Below, piece after piece: positions 9,242 to 17,612 of a stretch of 64,000 bases of DNA; the first letter of the stretch is position 1; every line of letters begins with the position of its first letter. Position numbers and translations under genes: made by a program. The stretch spans positions 324,595 to 388,594 of the forward strand of contig CAYPYN010000002.1 in NCBI GenBank assembly GCA_964415295.1, given 5' to 3'. The DNA comes from an uncultured Bacteroidota bacterium. Its GTDB lineage: Bacteria; CLD3; SB21. A model generated the notes under the pieces. It searched no databases, was not told the DNA's origin, and saw nothing but the letters and a program-made list of their open reading frames with translations.

Positions 9242-10678
9242 TTACGCCATCATGTACGTCGTCTTCACCGTCGTATAGAACTCCTTCGCATACGAACCCT
9301 GTTCCCTTGGACCGTAACTCGATCCTTTTCGCCCGCCGAAAGGCACATGATAATCGATCCCCGCGGTCGGCAAATTGATCATCACCATCCCGGCCTGAGC
9401 ATGCTGTTTGAAATGCTGAGCTAATTTCAACGACTGCGTGCAAATGCCCGAGGTCAAACCATACGGCGTGTCGTTGGCAATGGCAAGCGCTTCTTCATAA
9501 TTCTTCACACGGATCACACTTGCAACCGGTCCGAAGATCTCTTCACGATTGATCCGCATCGATGGATCGGTTTCCGCAAACAACGCCGGTTCAAAATAGA
9601 ACCCTTTCTTGTTTCTTTGCAATCGTTCTCCGCCACAAAGCAGTTTGGCGCCTTCTTTTTTTCCGATGTCTATATATTCAAGGTCTTTGCTCATCTGCTC
9701 TTCATCCACCACCGGCCCGATGTCTGTTCCTGTGGCAAGCGCATCATCAACTTTCAATTTCTTCATCCGCTCGGTTAGGGCTTGAATGAATCGGTCGTGA
9801 ATGCCTTCTGTTACAATAAGCCGGCTCGATGCCGTGCACCGCTGACCTGTTGAATAATACGATCCCTGGATAGCGGCATTGACCGCGACGTCGAGATCCG
9901 CGTCGTCGAGGATCACCAGGGGATTCTTACCGCCCATTTCGAGTTGGACCTTCGCCATGCGCGAAACACATTGAACGGCGATCTTCTTTCCAACTTCCAC
10001 CGATCCCGTAAAACTGATTCCTGCAACTCCCGGGTGATTAACGAGCGCATGACCCACGACCTCTCCGCGACCCATGACCATATTAAAAACACCTTTGGGC
10101 AAACCCGAGCGCGAAATGATCTCCGCTAAGGCCCATGCGCTGGCTGGAACGAGTTCTGCCGGCTTGAACACGACGCAATTACCAAAAGCCAGCGCCGGCG
10201 CTATTTTCCATGCCGGAATCGCGATCGGAAAATTCCACGGCACGATCAGCCCGACAACGCCGATCGGTTCACGCACGGCATCCACGATCACACCGGGGCG
10301 AACGGACGCAATGAGATCGCCGGAATTCCTCAGCGCTTCGCCGGCAAAGAATTTAAAAATGTTCCCGGCGCGGTTCACTTCCCCGATCGCTTCGGGCAAC
10401 GTCTTCCCTTCTTCGCGGGCGAGCAATTGTCCCAATTCATTTTGCCGGAAAAGGATCTCGCTTCCGATCATATCCAGAATATTGAATCGTATCTGTGGTG
10501 TACTGTAAGCCCAAGCCGGAAAAGCTTCTGTGGCGGCTTTTACGGCTTGATCAACTTGGGACGCATCGGCTTCCGCAAAGAGGCCTATTGTATCGATTAC
10601 ATCGGACGGATTGATATCCGGTGTCGCTGTCGCACCATCAATCCACTCACCATTGATAAAGAGTTTTTTTGTTTCCAT
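9242..10678 (-). CDS. NAD(P)-dependent aldehyde dehydrogenase; putative alpha-ketoglutarate semialdehyde dehydrogenase
   Basis: 478 aa ALDH superfamily protein with the catalytic motifs ELGGKNP (LEMGGKNP) and GQRCTA. Confidence 0.85.
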   Translation of the reverse strand: METKKLFINGEWIDGATATPDINPSDVIDTIGLFAEADASQVDQAVKAATEAFPAWAYSTPQIRFNILDMIGSEILFRQNELGQLLAREEGKTLPEAIGEVNRAGNIFKFFAGEALRNSGDLIASVRPGVIVDAVREPIGVVGLIVPWNFPIAIPAWKIAPALAFGNCVVFKPAELVPASAWALAEIISRSGLPKGVFNMVMGRGEVVGHALVNHPGVAGISFTGSVEVGKKIAVQCVSRMAKVQLEMGGKNPLVILDDADLDVAVNAAIQGSYYSTGQRCTASSRLIVTEGIHDRFIQALTERMKKLKVDDALATGTDIGPVVDEEQMSKDLEYIDIGKKEGAKLLCGGERLQRNKKGFYFEPALFAETDPSMRINREEIFGPVASVIRVKNYEEALAIANDTPYGLTSGICTQSLKLAQHFKQHAQAGMVMINLPTAGIDYHVPFGGRKGSSYGPREQGSYAKEFYTTVKTTYMMA

Positions 10679-10860
10679 GGTTGTTTTTCTATTAATTCTG
10701 AATCATTTGTTATTACTGAGATTGCTTTTGTTATTGTCGGCCTTGGAAAGTTCCAAAATAGAACCGATTTCCGCGCAACTCTATCCTGCTTCGCTTCCTT
10801 CAACAAGCATGCCGAGTCATATAGCGCCTCTATGAATTTGAATTGTGCATTGGTATTCCA

Positions 10861-11055
10861 GGCCTTGAAAAAAATGCCGGACAAACCCGAGTTCGCGCCT
10901 TAACATCGGCGAAAAACCAGTCAATACATCAGTGAATTTGCACGGCTTCATGAAATAGGACCTGTTTTTCGCCGCTATGATAGCGAACGAGGGTTTAGGC
11001 ATTTTTTTCAAAGCCAAAGTTTTATTTGCAACTTTCTTTTCTAAAAAGAAAGTTG
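10861..11055. repeat. MITE-like element, copy C
   Basis: It begins GGCCTTGAAAAAAATGCCGGACAAACCCGAGTTCGC and ends GCGAACGAGGGTTTAGGCATTTTTTTCAAAGCCAAAG. The tail hairpin is CAACTTTCTTTTCTAAAAAGAAAGTTG. Internal inverted repeats GGCGAAAAAC and GTTTTTCGCC are also present. Confidence 0.7.
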
Positions 11056-11083
11056 ATATGAGGTATTTGTTAATCAAGAGTAA

Positions 11084-11989
11084 TCAAACCTTCGGCAACA
11101 CCGGTCTATTCGCCAGCGCGGTCTTCACAATTTGTTCCACCCTCGCCCGCTCCTCGCCAATCAGCGTCAACCGTGGCGGACGAACGAGCTCAGATCCTAC
11201 GCCAACGAGTTGTTCGACGAGCTTAATGTTCTGAACGAATTTCGTTGATACATCCAGATGCAACAGCGGCATGAACCAACGGTAGATCGGCAGTGCTTCC
11301 TGGATCCGCCCGGCTTTGATCAATTGGTAAAGCACCACGGTCTCCTTCGGGAACGCGACAACCAATCCGGCCAGCCACCCGCTGGCTCCCAGGACCAGAC
11401 TCTCCATCGCCAGATCATCCACGCCGCAAAATATTTGATAACGGTTGCCAACCAAATTTATTATGTCGGTCAGACGTCGAATATTATCCGACGATTCTTT
11501 GATCGCCACGAACCGCGGCTCGTCGGCCATCTCTGCAAACATCTCCGGCGTGATGTCAACTTTATAGGCCACCGGATTATTGTAGATCATGATCGGTCGG
11601 TCGGTTGCTTTGGCTACTGTGCGATAATGCTGGATCGTTTCGCGCCGGTCTGACGGATATGGAATTGCGGGTAAAACCATGAATCCATCCACGCCAAGTT
11701 TCGCCGCCTGTTCCGCATAGTCACAGGCTTTTGCTGTAGAGGTTTCCGCTACGCAAGATATGACTGGAACTATTCCCTTGGCCGCGCCTACCGTCATCTT
11801 TATGATGTCCAATTTCTCCTGTGGCGACAGAGTCATGTTTTCTCCGAGAGAACCAAGCACTACCAAACCATGAACGCCGGCATCCATCTGAAATTGTATG
11901 TGCTTTTCCATTGCGGAAAGATCCAGCGAAAGGTCATTCTTGAATTTGGTCGTGAGTGCAGGAAAAATCCCTTCCCATTTGTTAGACAT
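11084..11989 (-). CDS. Dihydrodipicolinate synthase/N-acetylneuraminate lyase family protein; putative Delta1-pyrroline-4-hydroxy-2-carboxylate deaminase
   Basis: 301 aa DapA-family TIM barrel protein. Its role is inferred from its position in the hydroxyproline locus. Confidence 0.8.
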   Translation of the reverse strand: MSNKWEGIFPALTTKFKNDLSLDLSAMEKHIQFQMDAGVHGLVVLGSLGENMTLSPQEKLDIIKMTVGAAKGIVPVISCVAETSTAKACDYAEQAAKLGVDGFMVLPAIPYPSDRRETIQHYRTVAKATDRPIMIYNNPVAYKVDITPEMFAEMADEPRFVAIKESSDNIRRLTDIINLVGNRYQIFCGVDDLAMESLVLGASGWLAGLVVAFPKETVVLYQLIKAGRIQEALPIYRWFMPLLHLDVSTKFVQNIKLVEQLVGVGSELVRPPRLTLIGEERARVEQIVKTALANRPVLPKV

Positions 11990-12082
11990 TATTATCTCCT
12001 ATAAAAACATAATGATAAATATCCATATATCTGTAATATATCACAAAAATCCAAATTAGCAATATGTTTTTTCCAGAAAATA

Positions 12083-13246
12083 TTAGTCAGCTTGATGCAG
12101 CTTTACAAAGTAGAAAATAAGCAGAATGGTGATGAATGACGATAAGGCAAATGTCGCCATTGGATTCACAAAGTACCAGATCAGTCCGGCCAAAGTACTC
12201 GCAATCAAAGCAGTCACACTTTGAAAAGCCGCATACGTTCCGATCGCCGTTGCGGTATCTTTTTTGTCACAGATGTTACTAATCCACGCTTTGGAAATAC
12301 CCTCCGTTCCTGCCGCATACAAACCATACAGAAAGAACAGGGCGTAAAAAATATACAGTTCGCGATTTATCGCAAAACCGGCGTAAACAACGGCAAACAA
12401 GATCAACCCACCGACAAATGTTTTCCGAAATCCTATACGATCTCCTAAAATACCCATCGGATAGGAAGCCAAAGCATACACTAGATTATAAAACACATAA
12501 GCCGAGATCACGTGCACGTCGTCAAATCCCCGGTGCTTGATCATGAGTAACAAGAAAATATCGGAACTGTTGATAATCGCGAAGATCAGAAGGCCGATCA
12601 AGAGCTGGCGGTACGCGAACGGACTTTCTTTCCAGTAGTTGATAAAAGAAAAAAATGAAACGGATGAATCGGGCTTTGGATCGGCATTCTTTTCTTTAAC
12701 AAGCAGGGTTAGGAAAATGGCTAGAATTCCAGGAATAAAAGCGATAAAAAAGATCGTTCGGTATTCTCCCGGATACCATTGCAGAAAAGCCAGCGCCGTG
12801 AGCGGCCCCAGAACCGCGCCCAGCGTGTCAAAGCCGCGATGGAATCCGAATACTTTACCTTTGTGCTCCGCCGTGGTTTCGCCCGACAATATAGCATCCC
12901 GCGCGCCGGTCCGGATACCTTTTCCCAATCTATCGGTGGTTCGTGCGATCAGCACCCAAATCGGAAATGTGAACGCCGCCATCATTGGTTTAGAAACGGC
13001 GCTTAGGGCATAACCCAACTGTACAAATGGAACTCGGCGTCCCATGCTGTCGGACAACTTTCCAAAATAGCCCTTACTCATGCCCGCCGTTGCTTCGGCT
13101 ATGCCTTCCAGTAAACCGATCCACACAGCTGTGAATCCGATGCTTTGCAGATACATCGGCATGATCGGATACAGCATTTCGCTGGCGAAATCGGTGAAAA
13201 GACTAACCAGCGAAAGGATCCAGATTGTACGGGTGATGAATTTCAT
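12083..13246 (-). CDS. MFS transporter
   Basis: 387 aa with about 12 predicted TM helices. The MFS signature resembles GRRVPF and DRLGKGIRTGARDA. Confidence 0.8.
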   Translation of the reverse strand: MKFITRTIWILSLVSLFTDFASEMLYPIMPMYLQSIGFTAVWIGLLEGIAEATAGMSKGYFGKLSDSMGRRVPFVQLGYALSAVSKPMMAAFTFPIWVLIARTTDRLGKGIRTGARDAILSGETTAEHKGKVFGFHRGFDTLGAVLGPLTALAFLQWYPGEYRTIFFIAFIPGILAIFLTLLVKEKNADPKPDSSVSFFSFINYWKESPFAYRQLLIGLLIFAIINSSDIFLLLMIKHRGFDDVHVISAYVFYNLVYALASYPMGILGDRIGFRKTFVGGLILFAVVYAGFAINRELYIFYALFFLYGLYAAGTEGISKAWISNICDKKDTATAIGTYAAFQSVTALIASTLAGLIWYFVNPMATFALSSFITILLIFYFVKLHQAD

Positions 13247-13381
13247 TATTCTGTTTCTCTGTCAACCGCTTCCAACATCCTATTGACGACAAATCCTAGA
13301 AGTACCACCCCGCTTATTGACCGTCATAATTTGTCACATTTTCTTCAAATATTTTAATGAGTTCTCGCTTTGGTATTTCAC

Positions 13382-13575
13382 GGCCTTGATAAAAATGCCG
13401 AAGAAACCCGAGTTCGCAGAATAATACTGCGAAAAACGGCTTTCATAAACGTTCTGATTTAGTGTCTCGTGATGATAGAGTATCGTTTTTCGGCGCCCGC
13501 TCTGCGAACGAGGGTTTAGGCATTTTTATCACAGCCGAAGTTTTCTTTCCCGCTTTCTTTTTTAAAAAGAAAGCG
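13382..13575. repeat. MITE-like element, copy D
   Basis: It begins GGCCTTGATAAAAATGCCGAAGAAACCCGAGTTCGCAGA and ends TCTGCGAACGAGGGTTTAGGCATTTTTATCACAGCCGAAG. The tail hairpin is CCGCTTTCTTTTTTAAAAAGAAAGCGG. Confidence 0.7.
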
Positions 13576-13599
13576 GATCCAATATATGACAGATCTTCA

Positions 13600-14175
13600 T
13601 TAACTGCCCTTTGGAAACCCATCACATTGCGCGGTCTTCCTCGCCTGCACGAGATGCCTTTCCTGGTGGTTGACCAACACAGCAAAGCATTCACCCAAAC
13701 TGAATTTAAAGAACGAATTCACCGGTGAGCGCAGTTTCACAGAATTAATGTCCCACCCGTCGCACTTCTTGATGAGGATCAGCAATTCCTGTTCATGGCG
13801 AACAAAATCCTCCAAAACCTTCTTCCCTTCAATGCGGACGGACGGCTGGAAGACTGGAAAAGTCTTGAATTTGAATAAGGATCCGGGTTTCATCATGCGG
13901 GCAAACCAGCGCCCGAAAAGGCTGGGCCGATAAGGTTTTTTCTCTACAAGTTGACTGGCGCTCGTGAGTTCAATAGCCTTTTTAATACCGGCAAAATACT
14001 GCTGGTCGGAAACAATGATGTGGTCGAGGCACTGCGCAATACTCCAGCTTTTTTCATCCGGTTTCCAGTTCAATTGCTGGGGATTGAACGCATTGGCAAA
14101 ACCGCGAACTTCCTCGACATGTTTTTCAAGCCTCTCACTCAACGACCGTAAATGTGCGTTTTTCAATTCGGCCAT
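13600..14175 (-). CDS. DinB/YfiT-like family protein
   Basis: 191 aa with a four-helix-bundle DinB_2-like pattern (conserved His in HIIVSDQQY and HQERH). Confidence 0.6.
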   Translation of the reverse strand: MAELKNAHLRSLSERLEKHVEEVRGFANAFNPQQLNWKPDEKSWSIAQCLDHIIVSDQQYFAGIKKAIELTSASQLVEKKPYRPSLFGRWFARMMKPGSLFKFKTFPVFQPSVRIEGKKVLEDFVRHEQELLILIKKCDGWDINSVKLRSPVNSFFKFSLGECFAVLVNHQERHLVQARKTAQCDGFPKGS

Positions 14176-14177
14176 CG

Positions 14178-15122
14178 CTACACCTTCTCAAAATCGCCGA
14201 TCTTGTCCAAATGAAGGATCGTGGTCTTGCCGTCCTTCGATCGTTCGAACATGGTCTTGAATTTCGCATTCCACTCGATCTCATCGAACCTATACGAATG
14301 CCTGGCGCTCACAGTCTGCGCAAACGTGTCATCAAAAGCTTTCAGGGAAATCATAATCTCCGCATCGGCTTTCGCAAGATCTTCGGTAGAAATCCCGAAC
14401 AGCGGACTTTTGTCATCGATGGGATGAACCACCGTCCAATTCATCGTAAGAAAATTGATCGTCTTAAGTTGCAGCGGGAGATCGAAGAAGCGGCGGATCG
14501 CATGTCCGTTATCCTCGATAACCATACTGATCAATACCTGTATTTCAGCGTCGACCAATGGATTGTTTTTTGCATTAGCCAGTCGGAACATGAGCGCCTT
14601 ACCGTCGCGAAACGGGGCCATCAGCGCCTTCTCACTGAACAGGATATTCGCGACTGGCCTGGAAAATCGCCCGTATAAAAGGCCCGTAGCCAACGCAAAG
14701 CACAGAACGCCCGTCATGGCTTCGAGCGAGGCAACGATATTGGCCAGTAAACCCACAGGATTGACGCGGCCGTAGCCAACTGTGGTCAGCGTCTGTGCGC
14801 TGAAGAAGAATTCTTCCATAAATTGATCGGCCAAGGTCGCACCATTGGTTCCGGCAAAGTGTTCGATGCCGATCAAAAAATAGACACAGGCAAACAAAAG
14901 ATTGAGCGTAAAATAAAAACATAAAATGATGGTCAGAAATTTCCACAGCGGCATTGTGATCATAGCATTGAAGAAGCTGAGCCTTTGAAGCAAAGGCACG
15001 CCCGTCTTGTGCACGTTGAAACTGCCGTCTTTATTGAGCAGCCGGCTCCCCTGATTGGCCACAAGGCTGCTCAGTCCCGAATCGTTGTAGTCTTTGAGAG
15101 ATCTGTAGATTTTTCCGATCAT
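14178..15122 (-). CDS. Inward-rectifier-type potassium channel (KirBac-like)
   Basis: 314 aa with two TM helices flanking a pore helix. The selectivity filter is TTVGYG, and a Kir-like cytoplasmic C-domain follows. Confidence 0.8.
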   Translation of the reverse strand: MIGKIYRSLKDYNDSGLSSLVANQGSRLLNKDGSFNVHKTGVPLLQRLSFFNAMITMPLWKFLTIILCFYFTLNLLFACVYFLIGIEHFAGTNGATLADQFMEEFFFSAQTLTTVGYGRVNPVGLLANIVASLEAMTGVLCFALATGLLYGRFSRPVANILFSEKALMAPFRDGKALMFRLANAKNNPLVDAEIQVLISMVIEDNGHAIRRFFDLPLQLKTINFLTMNWTVVHPIDDKSPLFGISTEDLAKADAEIMISLKAFDDTFAQTVSARHSYRFDEIEWNAKFKTMFERSKDGKTTILHLDKIGDFEKV

Positions 15123-15249
15123 CGAAATGGTTCCAAACTTTGATCATTAACTTTACTCGGTCGTTGAGCCTGTCGAAACGACCGGATAGGCTCCTGTTAG
15201 GTCGCCGAGTTGCAGAGTGAGCTTGTCGAACTCTTGTCGAAGCGACCAA

Positions 15250-16593
15250 TTACAACAAATTACTCGCCAATTCCGCCAGCGCGCTGCGTTCGCCTTTGAC
15301 CAGATTCACATGCGCAAAAAGTTCCTGCCCTTTCATCCGATCCACCAGATAAGTCAACCCGTTGGACTGGCTGTCGAGATACGGGGTATCGATCTGGTAG
15401 ATATCGCCGACAAACACCATCTTTGCGCCTTCGCCCGCGCGCGTAATGATCGTCTTGATCTCATGCGGCGTCAGGTTTTGCGCTTCATCGACAATAAAGA
15501 AGATCTTGTCCAGACTGCGACCGCGGATATAGGCCAGAGGTGCGATCACAAGTTTTTCCTTCTCGATCATATCGGAGATGCGTGTATGTTCCGCGCTGTC
15601 GGTCGGATACTTATGTTTGATCACCGAAAGATTATCCCACAAAGGCTGCATATACGGATCGAGTTTTTCATGAATATCGCCCGGAAGATAACCGATGTCC
15701 CTGTTGCTCAGCGGTACCACCGGTCTTGCCAGATAGATCTGACTGTAATTCTGTCTTTGCTGCAGCGCGGCCGCCAGCGCCAATAAGGTCTTTCCCGTTC
15801 CCGCTTTCCCGGTGAGCGTCACTACCGAGACCTCCGGACGCATCAGGGCATCCAGCGCAAAAACCTGTTCCGCATTCCTCGGCTCGATCCCGTAAGCCGG
15901 CCTTTTGGAAACTTTCTCCAGGACACTGGCGCCGGGATTAAAATGCGTCAGAACGCTGGAACTGTGATTTTTTAAAATGTAATACTCATGCGCTAATGGT
16001 TTTCGCGGAAGCTGGATCTGATCCAAAGTCACACCCTGGGCTTGCTCATAGAATTTGCGTATCACCGTCGTATCAAAATCCTGGTGCATCTGGATACCGG
16101 TGTACAATTCGTCGATATTCCGGATCTTGCCCGTCTCATAATCCTCCGCCGGAATGCCGAGCGACTTGGCCTTCATGCGTAAATTGATATCTTTGGTGAT
16201 GACAATGACCTCGCGGTCTTTGCGCTTCGCTCTCAACTGGTCGGCCAATGCAAGAATGCGATGATCGGGTTTGTTCACAGTGAAAGCCTGTGATACCATT
16301 TCTGAGAAAGGCTCTCCGACCTCGACAAAAAGGCGTCCGTGATTCTTACTGAGCGGTAATCCTTTTTTGAATAACTGATCTTTGGAAAGTTTGTCCATTT
16401 CTCGGATAAACTCCCGCGCCTGGAAATTGATAAGGTCGCTGCCTTTTTTGAAGGAATCGATCTCTTCCAGCACGACGATCGGGATAACGACGTCGTGCTC
16501 TTTGAAGTTATAGATACAAGTATAATCGTACAGGATCACATTCGTGTCCAGGATAAAAAGCTTCTTCTTTTCATCGTGATTACTTGTTGCCAT
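15250..16593 (-). CDS. PhoH2: N-terminal PIN domain fused to a PhoH-like ATPase
   Basis: 447 aa. The PIN domain begins LFILDTNVIL, and the Walker A motif is GKAGTGKT. Confidence 0.85.
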   Translation of the reverse strand: MATSNHDEKKKLFILDTNVILYDYTCIYNFKEHDVVIPIVVLEEIDSFKKGSDLINFQAREFIREMDKLSKDQLFKKGLPLSKNHGRLFVEVGEPFSEMVSQAFTVNKPDHRILALADQLRAKRKDREVIVITKDINLRMKAKSLGIPAEDYETGKIRNIDELYTGIQMHQDFDTTVIRKFYEQAQGVTLDQIQLPRKPLAHEYYILKNHSSSVLTHFNPGASVLEKVSKRPAYGIEPRNAEQVFALDALMRPEVSVVTLTGKAGTGKTLLALAAALQQRQNYSQIYLARPVVPLSNRDIGYLPGDIHEKLDPYMQPLWDNLSVIKHKYPTDSAEHTRISDMIEKEKLVIAPLAYIRGRSLDKIFFIVDEAQNLTPHEIKTIITRAGEGAKMVFVGDIYQIDTPYLDSQSNGLTYLVDRMKGQELFAHVNLVKGERSALAELASNLL

Positions 16594-16743
16594 TAGACCT
16601 TAGGGGTTGGTGGATGTTCAGTTGTTTAGAATCGCCACGAAAAAGCACAAAATAATATTAATAATTTTTGACGATAGGGTTTTGAGTTTTTGTGCCTTTT
16701 GTGCTTTTTTGTGGCTGTCAGATATTCTTCTCTGTGGTTGGTA

Positions 16744-17544
16744 TTAATTCCTATTATATACCTCGATCGCCTTTTCCATTTTTCCCGACTGCATCAAACT
16801 TGGAATCCACGACAAATTGGCTACCACGCCGCCGGCAACCAGTAAGCCAACCGATGGCGGATGTTCCTTATCTGCACCAATGAAAGCCGAGCCGATCAAA
16901 CCCAGCCCTCCCAGGATCAGAACTATTTTGGCGGTGCCGAGTGTCTTATGTTCTCTGAGCAGCTGAATACTTTTAGGGTTTGACGAAAGGGCGGCCATTA
17001 AATTATCGCGCGTGGCAGGGAGAATATCGCTCGTATCGCTGGTGGAGAAATAATCGAAACGTGCAAACGATGTGATGCCTGGCGTGTACTGCGTGATCCG
17101 GCCGCCTGGAGTGGATATCGTATTAAAAGAACCCGGCGAGGAATACATTTGATAGGCTGTATATAAATTTACTTTACCTGACCGGGTCCTTTTGACCAGT
17201 TTTGAATCCCCATAAAGACCGCCAATATGAGCCAGTGCAAAATAACCTTCTCCGTTCTGGAACGCCCTGATCTTAGAAAGAGGATACCTTACCGTATCCT
17301 CGAATATGAGATATTCCTGCCCAAAGAGAGGGGATTTGAGTTCAACTTTCCCATAGAGCTTTTCTTTGGTTCTCAGAACTATAAAACTCTGTTTTTCCAG
17401 TTCTTGATCCTGAGCCGAGAGATACCAAACCGGCACCAACCACACGCCGATCAAGGCAAAAGAAAAAAAGGCACAAAAGCCAGTGAATGCTGTACTTTTA
17501 TGCCCTTTCGATGTCTTCGATTGAACTATCACTATGACAGACAA
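16744..17544 (-). CDS. Hypothetical membrane protein
   Basis: 266 aa with N- and C-terminal hydrophobic segments and no recognisable motifs. Confidence 0.45.
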   Translation of the reverse strand: MSVIVIVQSKTSKGHKSTAFTGFCAFFSFALIGVWLVPVWYLSAQDQELEKQSFIVLRTKEKLYGKVELKSPLFGQEYLIFEDTVRYPLSKIRAFQNGEGYFALAHIGGLYGDSKLVKRTRSGKVNLYTAYQMYSSPGSFNTISTPGGRITQYTPGITSFARFDYFSTSDTSDILPATRDNLMAALSSNPKSIQLLREHKTLGTAKIVLILGGLGLIGSAFIGADKEHPPSVGLLVAGGVVANLSWIPSLMQSGKMEKAIEVYNRN

Positions 17545-17612
17545 CTTCCTTCGTTGTGCCGTTATAAAGTCCCGACCGTAAAGTTCATACCTTCAAAGAA
17601 CAGGAACCGTGA

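Noticed and set aside
6794-13575. Possible CRISPR array, suggested by repeated intergenic sequence
   Set aside because: The repeats are about 190 bp and are separated by whole genes (1-2.5 kb). They have TIR structure and lack short regular spacers. They are MITE-like, not CRISPR. No cas genes are present.
15217-15786. 189 aa plus-strand ORF
   Set aside because: Antisense to PhoH2.
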